From positions 32,001 through 96,000 of IMG/VR virus record IMGVR_UViG_3300030102_008089: a stretch of 64,000 bases of DNA; one strand, written 5' to 3'. The position numbers were made by a program, and so were the translations under genes. A model generated the notes under the pieces. That model saw nothing but the letters and a program-made list of their open reading frames with translations, did not search any database and was not told the origin of the DNA. Positions within the stretch are counted from its first letter, which is position 1; every line of letters starts with the position of its first letter. Source of the stretch: a virus. Positions 8,752 to 16,694 of this stretch are shown piece by piece.

Positions 8752-10692
8752 ATGGCAAACAAAAAATCTGATCGTTTTCTCAAGTTAATTGGAAAACACA
8801 ACGAAAAGAAAAAGAAAGAAAAATTTAGTGGTTCTTTTGAGGATTATTTAAGGATCCTAGAGAATGACACAACTATTACAAAATTAGCCCACAAAAGACT
8901 ATACGATTCAATAGTTGAAAGTGGTATAACAAAATTGAGCCAAACAGATGAAAGATGCAACAAGCTTTTTGGTGGCGAAGAATTAAGAACCTATGATTAT
9001 TTCCAAGACAAGTTTTTTGGAATGGAAAGATCTTTAGCAAAGATTATGCGTTTCTTGCGGTCTGCATCGCTTAAGGGCGAAGAGAGCCGTCAGGTTCTTT
9101 TATTGTTGGGTCCTGTTGGTGCTGGCAAGTCTGCACTTATGGAGCACATCAAAAGATCACTAGAAGACTCAGAACCAATGTATCATCTTGATGGGTGCCC
9201 AATTAACGAGGAGCCACTACACCTAATTCCTAGATCACTAAGGTCCGACTTTGAAAAACTATACGGCATTAAAATTGAGGGTGATTTATGTCCTGTCTGT
9301 CGCTATAGATTGAAAGAAGAATTTAATAATGACTATTTAAAGTTTCCTGTAGCTCAGTCTTCTTTTTCTGTACGAGGACGCCGTGGTGTTGGAGTTGTTC
9401 CTCCAATGGATGCAAATAGTCAAGATGTGACTGTTTTAGTCGGCAGCGAAGACATTTCAAAACTTGACCTTTATTCTGAAGATGATCCAAGAGTTCTGTC
9501 TTTAAATGGTGCCTTTAATGTCGGCAATAGAGGTATAGTTGAATTTGTAGAAGTGTTTAAAAATGAGATTGAATTTTTGCACACGATGATTACCGCAACA
9601 CAGGAAAAAGCCGTACCATCACCAGGTAAAGGTCCAATGATTTATTTTGATGGGGTAATTTTAGCTCATTGTAACGAAGCTGAATGGAACAAGTTTAAAT
9701 CTGAAAACACAAACGAAGCTATCTTAGACAGAATTGTAAGAGTTAATGTTCCTTATTGTCTAGAAGTATCTGAGGAAGTTAAAATATATAACAAAATGTT
9801 GGGACTCTCTGACTTTGATGGACACATAGCGCCACACACTCTTGAGGTTGCTGCAATGTTTGCAGTGTTAAGTCGCCTGCACCCCTCTAATAAAGTTGAT
9901 GCTTTGACCAAGATGAAACTATATGATGGACAAGATGTTATAGAAAGAGGGTCTGTTAAAAAAATAGACATAAATGATCTTAGAGACGAAGCAAGAGACG
10001 AAGGGATGACAGGAATTTCAACCCGCTTCATAATGAAGGCTATTGATAGTGCCTTATCAGATAGTGAAAAAAATATGGTAACTCCAATTTCAATAAGGGA
10101 TTCATTAATAAAGCAAGTTAAGGATCAAATAGTTGTAGAAGATGATAGGAACAGGTACCTAGACTTTCTAGGAAAGACCTTGCACGATGAATATCTAAAC
10201 ATTCTTGAGAAAGAAATTACAAAAGCCTTTGTCTCTGCTTATGACGAACAGGCGGAGTCGCTTTTCAACAATTATCTTGACCACGCCGAAGCATATGTCA
10301 ATATGACAAATGTAAAAGACTCAGTAACTAACGAAGAGATAGCTCCCGATGAAAAATTTATGCTCTCTATTGAAGAACAAATAGGAATTACGGGTACAGC
10401 AAGAGAAAACTTTAGAGTTGACATAACAGCGTTTATGTTTTCTAAACTCAGAAGAGGTGAGACTGTAGACTGGAAATCATATGCCCCACTAAAAGAAGCT
10501 ATTGAGAGCAAGTTAACCTCTTCTGTTAAGCAAATTTCTAGAATTGTAACAAAATCTAAGAGCAGAGATAAGAAACAACAAGGAAAGTATAACGAAATGT
10601 TACAGACTCTGATTGATGAGTACGGATATAATGAGGAATCAGCAGAGGAAGTAATCAAGTTTGCCTCTAATAATCTCTGGAGAGACAGTTAG
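8752..10692 (+). CDS. prkA: PrkA/YeaG AAA+ protein
   Basis: LLLLGPVGAGKS Walker A, CPINEEPL, LCPVC, NRGIVEFVEVFK, GISTRF. Confidence 0.95.
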   Translation: MANKKSDRFLKLIGKHNEKKKKEKFSGSFEDYLRILENDTTITKLAHKRLYDSIVESGITKLSQTDERCNKLFGGEELRTYDYFQDKFFGMERSLAKIMRFLRSASLKGEESRQVLLLLGPVGAGKSALMEHIKRSLEDSEPMYHLDGCPINEEPLHLIPRSLRSDFEKLYGIKIEGDLCPVCRYRLKEEFNNDYLKFPVAQSSFSVRGRRGVGVVPPMDANSQDVTVLVGSEDISKLDLYSEDDPRVLSLNGAFNVGNRGIVEFVEVFKNEIEFLHTMITATQEKAVPSPGKGPMIYFDGVILAHCNEAEWNKFKSENTNEAILDRIVRVNVPYCLEVSEEVKIYNKMLGLSDFDGHIAPHTLEVAAMFAVLSRLHPSNKVDALTKMKLYDGQDVIERGSVKKIDINDLRDEARDEGMTGISTRFIMKAIDSALSDSEKNMVTPISIRDSLIKQVKDQIVVEDDRNRYLDFLGKTLHDEYLNILEKEITKAFVSAYDEQAESLFNNYLDHAEAYVNMTNVKDSVTNEEIAPDEKFMLSIEEQIGITGTARENFRVDITAFMFSKLRRGETVDWKSYAPLKEAIESKLTSSVKQISRIVTKSKSRDKKQQGKYNEMLQTLIDEYGYNEESAEEVIKFASNNLWRDS

Positions 10693-10703
10693 ATTCAGTT
10701 TTT

Positions 10704-11681
10704 ATGAAAAAACTACCAGATTCGTTAAACAAGCTTTCAAAATTGGTTGGTGATACGCCCCTATTAGTAATTTCTTGCCGTTTTGAAGGCAAAAACATTG
10801 ATATCTATGCAAAATATGAAGCATGGAACTATTCTGGAAGTATAAAAGACCGAATGGCACTGCAAATTTTGCAGAATGCATATTTTATTGGTGCGATATC
10901 TGAAAAAGATACTATTGTTGAGGCAACTAGCGGGAACACAGGTATAGCATTTGCTGCAATGGGTGCATATTTAGGTCACCCTGTCGAAATCTACATGCCA
11001 GATTGGCTTTCTGAAGAAAGAAAAAAGCTTTTGAGGTTTTATGGCGCAAAATTATATGAAATAAGTGCTGAAAATGGTGGTTTTACTAAATGTATTGAAC
11101 TCGCAACTAAAAAATCATCAAAAAAAGGCTATTTTTGTCCAAAACAGTTCGAAAATTCGAGTAATGTCTTAGCACACTATAAAAACACAGCCCCAGAGAT
11201 GGATATGTGTTTTTTAAGAAATAATATTAATAAAATTGATGCTTTTGTCACTGGTGCTGGCACTGGAGGTACAATTATGGGCTTTTATAGGTATTTTTCC
11301 GAAAAAAACAAGCATTTTCAAGCACATCCTGTATTTCCAGTCAATAATAGTGATGGAGGGCACAGAATTGAAGGTATTGGTGATAGTTTTGTCCCACAGA
11401 TACTTTGTTTGGACGAGTTAGAACATATTATTAGGATATCTGACAATAGTGCAATAAATGTGGCACGACTTCTAAATAAAAAAGGTCTTTCGGTTGGTAT
11501 CTCGTCTGGGGCCAATCTATTAGCTGCATTAATCAAAAGAAATGATATGTGTGAAGGGTCTATTGTCGCAACTATCCTTTGCGATGACAATAAGAAATAC
11601 TTATCAACTGATTTATTTTCTGATACAAATGAAAGCTTAGATTATGATTTACAAATTATAGACTATAAAGTTTTGACATAA
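10704..11681 (+). CDS. cysK: Cysteine synthase (PLP-dependent, fold type II)
   Basis: GDTPL, NYSGSIKDR (PLP lysine), EATSGNTG, GAGTGGT, IEGIG, GISSGA. Confidence 0.9.
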   Translation: MKKLPDSLNKLSKLVGDTPLLVISCRFEGKNIDIYAKYEAWNYSGSIKDRMALQILQNAYFIGAISEKDTIVEATSGNTGIAFAAMGAYLGHPVEIYMPDWLSEERKKLLRFYGAKLYEISAENGGFTKCIELATKKSSKKGYFCPKQFENSSNVLAHYKNTAPEMDMCFLRNNINKIDAFVTGAGTGGTIMGFYRYFSEKNKHFQAHPVFPVNNSDGGHRIEGIGDSFVPQILCLDELEHIIRISDNSAINVARLLNKKGLSVGISSGANLLAALIKRNDMCEGSIVATILCDDNKKYLSTDLFSDTNESLDYDLQIIDYKVLT

Positions 11682-11701
11682 AGTGTATTATAGTATAAAC
11701 T
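11673..11701 (+). promoter_or_regulatory. Sigma70-like promoter
   Basis: TTGACA-17 nt-TAAACT, upstream of ORF 11711. Confidence 0.55.
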
Positions 11702-11710
11702 GGAATAGTT

Positions 11711-12028
11711 ATGAAGAACAGAGAAAATTATCCTTCCGAGGCTTTACTTCCTGGAACTGTTATTCGAAGTATTCGATTTGATAGACTCGGTGTAATTACA
11801 GACGCATTTGAAGATGATGGAATCATATTCTATACATGTTTTTTAATGCCCAATACTTCTTCCAAAGGCAGCTTAAACATAAAAAATAACCATTACGCAT
11901 CTAAATCAGGACTTGATGGGATTCTAGTAGAAGAATCCGAATTCGATATAATCTCATATCTGATGATTGGAAGAGTTAATTTAGATAATGTAGAATTTTT
12001 TCACCCTACTAGAGATTTAATGTTATAA
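11711..12028 (+). CDS. Hypothetical protein
   Basis: 105 aa ORF behind a promoter; no recognised motif. Confidence 0.6.
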   Translation: MKNRENYPSEALLPGTVIRSIRFDRLGVITDAFEDDGIIFYTCFLMPNTSSKGSLNIKNNHYASKSGLDGILVEESEFDIISYLMIGRVNLDNVEFFHPTRDLML

Positions 12029-12054
12029 TTATAAAACTAATATGAGGCAATAAA

Positions 12055-12822
12055 ATGAAAATAATCCCATCAGCACTTTTGTTTGATATGGATGGCACAT
12101 TAACAGATGCCCGCCAGCCGATCACAAATGAGGTTGTTACAACTCTGAAGGTAATCAAACCCTCAATCAAAAAATATTTGGTAACAGGGTCCGATATGTC
12201 AAAAATCGAAGAGCAAATACCTCACGAAATATTACTATCTCAGTTTGAAAAAGTTTACGCCTGTAATGGTACCCGTGTTTATAATTGTAATCTGGACATG
12301 GATGACGAAACAAGACCAATAGAACCAGAACTGATTCATCAAGTTAGTTTGTCAGATTATTATTCGGAGTCAGATATTAATCACATTATTAATGTTCTTC
12401 TTAAGACAGCCTACGAAACTCATACAAAAATAAAGACGGGAACTTTTATTGAATGGAGGGACAGCCAGATTAATTTCTCGGTAGTAGGAAGAAATTGTAC
12501 TACGAACCAAAGAGATGATTACGTTAAATGGGACACAAAAAGCGGCGAACGTCGAAAGATCATAGATCAACTCCGAGAGCAATTTAGTGGCTGGGGGCTG
12601 TCATTTCGTTTAGGAGGACAGATATCGATTGACATTACCCGAGAAGGGTGGGACAAAAGCTACGCCTTCAAGAATATGGTAGAAAGCCCTGACCAATGCA
12701 TATTTTTCGGAGATAAAATTTGCAAAGACGGGAATGATCTAGATATTGCTATGAAGTGTGCAAAGTATCATAATGTAGAAAACCCAGCAGATTTAATCCT
12801 TCATCTTCAAGAATACCTATGA
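12055..12822 (+). CDS. Eukaryote-type (PMM/Sec53, HAD-IIB) phosphomannomutase
   Basis: FDMDGTLT, VTGSD, FIEWR..INFSVVGR, GGQISID, GWDK, FFGDK...GND. Confidence 0.88.
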   Translation: MKIIPSALLFDMDGTLTDARQPITNEVVTTLKVIKPSIKKYLVTGSDMSKIEEQIPHEILLSQFEKVYACNGTRVYNCNLDMDDETRPIEPELIHQVSLSDYYSESDINHIINVLLKTAYETHTKIKTGTFIEWRDSQINFSVVGRNCTTNQRDDYVKWDTKSGERRKIIDQLREQFSGWGLSFRLGGQISIDITREGWDKSYAFKNMVESPDQCIFFGDKICKDGNDLDIAMKCAKYHNVENPADLILHLQEYL

Positions 12823-13044
12823 ATGATCACGGGATTTACGCTACTGGCTGGTATTCTGCTAGCCCTGCTTTTTCCTGGTGGAACTTTAATGTTCATCGTT
12901 TGGCTGCGATCAAAGCACGCAGAGAAGCAGCGAGAGTTGTTGAAGAAGATAAACAACAAAGGAAAGATAACTCTGCAAAAATTGCAGAAGGAACAATATC
13001 GATATATGCGTAGCAAAAAGTCAACAAAAAAAGTTGACAAGTAG
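12823..13044 (+). CDS. Small membrane protein
   Basis: Hydrophobic N-terminus ILLALLFPGGTLMFIVW followed by a basic tail. Confidence 0.55.
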   Translation: MITGFTLLAGILLALLFPGGTLMFIVWLRSKHAEKQRELLKKINNKGKITLQKLQKEQYRYMRSKKSTKKVDK

Positions 13045-13061
13045 TGTATCCATGGTAATTT
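13034..13061 (+). promoter_or_regulatory. Early sigma70-type promoter with extended -10
   Basis: TTGACA-16 nt-TAATTT with TGn before the -10. Confidence 0.65.
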
Positions 13062-13084
13062 AGAAAGCAAGATAAGGAGAGAGT

Positions 13085-13264
13085 ATGAACTGCTTTCAAA
13101 TCGAAGTCCGTGGTGTAACCTTTACTGTTTGGGCTCCCACCCTGCGTGAGGCTGTAGAAACTTTTATGATCGATATGGATTTCTTTGAAGTTCCCAAGGA
13201 ATTGGTACACTGTGCCCCTACTAATGAGTTTCCGATGCCCGATAATATCCCCGCAGGTTTTTAG
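13085..13264 (+). CDS. Small early hypothetical protein (59 aa, absent from ORF track)
   Basis: SD AAGGAGAGAGT-ATG; MNCFQIEVRGVTFTVWAPTLREAVETFMIDMDFFEVPKELVHCAPTNEFPMPDNIPAGF. Confidence 0.8.
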   Translation: MNCFQIEVRGVTFTVWAPTLREAVETFMIDMDFFEVPKELVHCAPTNEFPMPDNIPAGF

Positions 13265-13274
13265 TATTATTTTC

Positions 13275-13302
13275 TTGACTTCCTTTGTTTCCGTGATAAT
13301 AT
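13275..13302 (+). promoter_or_regulatory. Early sigma70-type promoter with extended -10
   Basis: TTGACT-16 nt-TAATAT in the context CGTGATAATATA. Confidence 0.75.
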
Positions 13303-13323
13303 ACTAATGTAAGGGAGAGAGAT

Positions 13324-13797
13324 ATGAAGTTAGAGTCTGCTCTTAAAAAGATTCGCAATCGTGCCAAGGCTGTCAATCGTGAGGTCGTTATTGACCTACG
13401 AGACCATCACAATAATGGTCGCCCAAAGGTCTATGTTCACTTCAAAGACTCGGAGCAGTTAATGTCCTTCTGGACTAACAGTGACGGCAGCATTAGCACT
13501 CCCCATGTGAAGCGTGCTAGTGAAGAGTCGGATCCTCACACGGATTATTTCCCAGGGTGCTTCTTTGATAACATCACTCAGGCACTCAATTATATGGCTC
13601 CGCTACCTCCTAAATATTCAGTCGGTTCTCTGGTCCGCTTCAAGTCCAACAAGCGCAACCATCGTTGGAACCTAGCAGGCAAGGTTGCCTTGGTAATCCA
13701 AGCCGAAGCTGGCGGCAACTACAAACTTCAATACGATGGCGTTGACGAGCGTTATAATCCCTTCTTCGCCCAGCGTGATATTGAGTTGGTTTCGTAA
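13324..13797 (+). CDS. Early hypothetical protein with C-terminal KOW/SH3-like domain
   Basis: SD AAGGGAGAGAGAT-ATG; YSVGSLVRF...GKVALVI pattern. Confidence 0.8.
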   Translation: MKLESALKKIRNRAKAVNREVVIDLRDHHNNGRPKVYVHFKDSEQLMSFWTNSDGSISTPHVKRASEESDPHTDYFPGCFFDNITQALNYMAPLPPKYSVGSLVRFKSNKRNHRWNLAGKVALVIQAEAGGNYKLQYDGVDERYNPFFAQRDIELVS

Positions 13798-13802
13798 AAA
13801 AC

Positions 13803-13830
13803 TTGACACCTCCCAAGGTCGTGATAATAT
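13803..13830 (+). promoter_or_regulatory. Early sigma70-type promoter with extended -10
   Basis: TTGACA-16 nt-TAATAT, same CGTGATAATATA context as 13275. Confidence 0.75.
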
Positions 13831-13849
13831 AAGTTACAAGGAGAGAGTA

Positions 13850-14017
13850 ATGTCGGTTCAAGACCATATTGAAAATATCCTCAACGCCGAAGGTCAAGGA
13901 GTACTTGACGCTTGGTATGACGCTATCAACGAGCATCCCAAGAATTCTATGGATATTCACAAAGTGGTTGTTGACCACCTTGTTCAAGAAACCTTTATGA
14001 AATCTGCCCTGTACTAA
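13850..14017 (+). CDS. Small early hypothetical protein (55 aa)
   Basis: Start moved to ATG 13850 behind AAGGAGAGAGTA. Confidence 0.75.
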   Translation: MSVQDHIENILNAEGQGVLDAWYDAINEHPKNSMDIHKVVVDHLVQETFMKSALY

Positions 14018-14027
14018 GGAGAAAAAA

Positions 14028-14342
14028 ATGGCTATCGCAAATCCCGAAGTAGAGTTTCACCTTCCCGAGTTTATTGACGAATGTGCCGCTATGCTCAACG
14101 AGCATTATGAGACAAAGTTTCCAAGATTGAATGTGCCCGACGTCAAAGTCAAAGAGGGTGGCAAGTTTTACAAGGTCTACAAAGACGAGGGCGAATATCA
14201 CAAGAGCGTTTGGTTCTTCGTCAGTAAAGAGGACGGCTTGATTTGGAAGCCTGCTTCTTGGAAGGCTCCTGCTCGCAACTTCCCTCGTGGAAACATCCTT
14301 GAGGACAAAGCCCGAGACGTCATCGGCGTCTACGGAATCTAG
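14028..14342 (+). CDS. Conserved phage early protein (PASWKAPA..RGN type)
   Basis: AAGGAG SD; KPASWKAPARNFPRGNI motif that I recall from other large phages. Confidence 0.75.
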   Translation: MAIANPEVEFHLPEFIDECAAMLNEHYETKFPRLNVPDVKVKEGGKFYKVYKDEGEYHKSVWFFVSKEDGLIWKPASWKAPARNFPRGNILEDKARDVIGVYGI

Positions 14343-14350
14343 GAGAAAAT

Positions 14351-14490
14351 ATGAAAAAAAAGAATACACGGCGAAGATAAGAGTTAAGGGTAAACCTGAG
14401 CCGATCTGGCAGGCAGCTAAAAAGAGCCAGCGTCCCTACCTACAGCACCCACATACCTTTGAAGAGTTGCGTGTGGAAGGCGGTTTGTAG
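14351..14490 (+). other. SD-led 9-codon ORF (MKKKNTRRR) with a -1 frame continuation to 14490
   Basis: AGGAGAAAAT-ATG AAA AAA AAG AAT ACA CGG CGA AGA TAA; the -1 frame is open from the A8 run to TAG 14488-14490. Confidence 0.45.
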
Positions 14491-14546
14491 GGTCAGATAC
14501 ACTACAAATAGGAATCCCGTAATTGTTCGGGTGAAAACTCTTCAAA
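14458..14546 (+). ncRNA. Candidate structured RNA immediately upstream of the tRNA array
   Basis: Perfect 11-bp inverted repeat TTTGAAGAGTT/AACTCTTCAAA enclosing hairpins TTTGTAG/CTACAAA and CCCG/CGGG. Confidence 0.4.
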
Positions 14547-14550
14547 ACTT

Positions 14551-14625
14551 GCGGGTGTAACTCAGTGGTAGAGTGTCTCGTTGCCAACGAGAATGTCGTG
14601 GGTTCGAATCCCATCACCCGCTCCA
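14551..14625 (+). tRNA. tRNA-Gly(GCC)
   Basis: GCGGGTG/CACCCGC acceptor, TCTCG-TTGCCAA-CGAGA anticodon arm, GTTCGAATC, U73, encoded CCA. Confidence 0.97.
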
Positions 14626-14627
14626 AT

Positions 14628-14702
14628 AGGAACGTAGCTCAGTGGTAGAGCGTCTGGTTTACACCCAGGATGTCGTAGGTTCGATCCCTACCGTTCCTAC
14701 CA
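14628..14702 (+). tRNA. tRNA-Val(TAC)
   Basis: AGGAACG/CGTTCCT acceptor, loop TTTACAC, GTTCGATC, encoded CCA. Confidence 0.95.
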
Positions 14703-14707
14703 AATAT

Positions 14708-14784
<77 letters not shown>

Positions 14785-14805
14785 ATGCTGTCAAGTGGAG
14801 GAAAT

Positions 14806-15306
14806 ATGACACCAGAACAAAAATTTACACAACTCTACAAACAAATGTGGGATCTTTGTCAGGAAAACAATTGGGGAGACCCTTTCTCGTATGCCCGAGC
14901 AAAAGAAATTTATGCAACCTGTGCGCTAGGACATAAAATGCCTGGTCCCAATGTTTTTGCTGGTGCTGATGGTATCAACGAAAAAGGACAACCAGTTGAG
15001 TACAAGTCAACCACTGGTAAAAAATGTCAAGGATCTTATACTGGAATCTCTGTTCAGAAAGACTGGAAGCAGCAGGAAAAATATCTTGTTACTGAAAAAA
15101 TTGCGAAATACCCTGAGCATTTTTATAATCGATTTGAGGATGGAGTACTTGCTGAGAGTTGGAAAATGTCTGGAAAGAAAGTTTTAGATATTCTTCTTCC
15201 TAAGTTGGCAAAGAAATTTAACACAGTTAAAAGTCAAAAAGATCCTCGGCTTGCTGCTACAGTAACTTGGTCGGAAATTAAAGAACACGGTGAACAAGTG
15301 ATTTAG
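14806..15306 (+). CDS. Putative PD-(D/E)xK restriction-endonuclease-like protein
   Basis: GADG....VEYKS motif; adjacent to a DNA methyltransferase; start moved to ATG 14806 (GGAGG SD), outside tRNA-Arg. Confidence 0.55.
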   Translation: MTPEQKFTQLYKQMWDLCQENNWGDPFSYARAKEIYATCALGHKMPGPNVFAGADGINEKGQPVEYKSTTGKKCQGSYTGISVQKDWKQQEKYLVTEKIAKYPEHFYNRFEDGVLAESWKMSGKKVLDILLPKLAKKFNTVKSQKDPRLAATVTWSEIKEHGEQVI

Positions 15307-15338
15307 TCTATGGTAAAATCTCACAAGTTGGAGGTTTG

Positions 15339-15884
15339 ATGAATAAAGATTTAGACAGTAAAAAATTAATGTATTCTAAGGGCAATAACGACGAATGTTA
15401 TACGCCCGATTATGGTGTTGAGCCTATTCTAGAATTTATTCCCGAGGATGCAATTGTTTGGTGTCCATTTGATGATGAATCCAGCGAGTTTGTAAAGCAA
15501 ATCTCAAAACAAAATATTGTTGTACATTCTCATATTAAAGATGGAAAAGATTTTTTTGAGTACGAGCCCGAAAAATGGGATGTAATTATTTCTAATCCAC
15601 CGTTTACAAATAAGCGAAAGTTTTTTGAAAGAGCCTTGTCTTTTGGAAAACCGTTTGCTTTGATTATGACTAATACTTGGCTCAATGATTCAGCACCTAA
15701 GCAGCTATTCAAAGAAAAAGACTTACAACTTTTAATGTTTGATAAACGTATGAAGTTTATTTCCCCAGATGGACGAGATAATAATAAGATTACTTTTAGC
15801 AGTAGTTATTATTGTTGGAACTTCCTGCCCAAACAAATTATTATGAAAGAATTAAATGTTAAGGGTTCTCGGAAAAATTCCTAG
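15339..15884 (+). CDS. Amino-group (N6-adenine/N4-cytosine) DNA methyltransferase
   Basis: DECYTP, WCPFD, DVIISNPPF catalytic motif IV. Confidence 0.8.
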   Translation: MNKDLDSKKLMYSKGNNDECYTPDYGVEPILEFIPEDAIVWCPFDDESSEFVKQISKQNIVVHSHIKDGKDFFEYEPEKWDVIISNPPFTNKRKFFERALSFGKPFALIMTNTWLNDSAPKQLFKEKDLQLLMFDKRMKFISPDGRDNNKITFSSSYYCWNFLPKQIIMKELNVKGSRKNS

Positions 15885-16461
15885 AGAGGTCATTGTCGCT
15901 GTCAGCGGCGGACCAGACTCTATGGCTATCTTAGATTTCCTCAGTAATAATCATAAGGTTACTGCTGCCTACTTTGATCACGGCACTCAGTTTGGAGAAG
16001 ATTGTAAATATTTCGTAAAAGACTTTTGCGAAGAGCGGGATATTGACTTGGTTGTAGGTAATATTTATTTTGATTGTCCGCCCGAAAAGTCAACAGAAGA
16101 ACATTGGCGTGATGAGCGTTATAGATTCTTCCGTACCTTTAATGATCAGATTGTTACAGGACACAATTTAGACGATGTGATTGAGTGGTTTTTATTCTCT
16201 TCTTTACACGGACACGGGAAAGTTATGCCCTATAAGAACGGAAACGTTATTAGACCGTTTATCTCCACCTCTAAGCGTTCTCTAGAAGATTGGTGCGAGC
16301 GTAAGGATGTTCCGTTTATGGTTGACCCAGGGAACAAAGATAGAAAGTTTATGAGAAGCATTATCAGAAACGATATGATGCCTCATGCTCGCAAGGTAAA
16401 CAAAGGCATCGAAAAAACATTTAAAAAAATGGTTGAAAGGGATTATAATCTTTTATATTAA
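15856..16461 (+). CDS. tilS: Minimal tRNA(Ile)-lysidine synthase (PP-loop domain only)
   Basis: VAVSGGPDS PP-loop, FDHG, RDERYRFF, TGHNLDD, RPF, RSIIR; 201 aa. Confidence 0.85.
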   Translation: MLRVLGKIPREVIVAVSGGPDSMAILDFLSNNHKVTAAYFDHGTQFGEDCKYFVKDFCEERDIDLVVGNIYFDCPPEKSTEEHWRDERYRFFRTFNDQIVTGHNLDDVIEWFLFSSLHGHGKVMPYKNGNVIRPFISTSKRSLEDWCERKDVPFMVDPGNKDRKFMRSIIRNDMMPHARKVNKGIEKTFKKMVERDYNLLY

Positions 16462-16538
16462 GGGGGATTAGCTCAATTGGTTAGAGCATCCGACTCATAA
16501 TCGGGAGGTTCAGAGTTCAAGTCTCTGGTCCCCTACCA
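16462..16538 (+). tRNA. tRNA(CAT), probably Ile2 (lysidine-modified)
   Basis: TCCGA-CTCATAA-TCGGG arm with C29:G41; lacks initiator features; A73; starts at the base after the tilS stop. Confidence 0.85.
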
Positions 16539-16539
16539 A

Positions 16540-16615
16540 GCCCGAATAGCTCAATTGGCAGAGCAGTGGTTTTGTAAACCAAAGGTTGCAGGTTCGATTC
16601 CTGCTTTGGGCACCA
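16540..16615 (+). tRNA. tRNA-Thr(TGT)
   Basis: GCCCGAA/TTTGGGC acceptor, loop TTTGTAA, encoded CCA. Confidence 0.95.
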
Positions 16616-16618
16616 TAA

Positions 16619-16693
<75 letters not shown>

Positions 16694-16694
16694 C

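Noticed and set aside
14417-14626. Minus-strand 69-aa ORF
   Set aside because: It is the antisense reading of tRNA-Gly (MGFEPTT is the typical T-arm artefact).
16462-16538. Initiator tRNA-fMet call
   Set aside because: No C1:A72 mismatch and no three G:C pairs at 29-31:39-41; elongator Met is not fully excluded, but Ile2 fits better.
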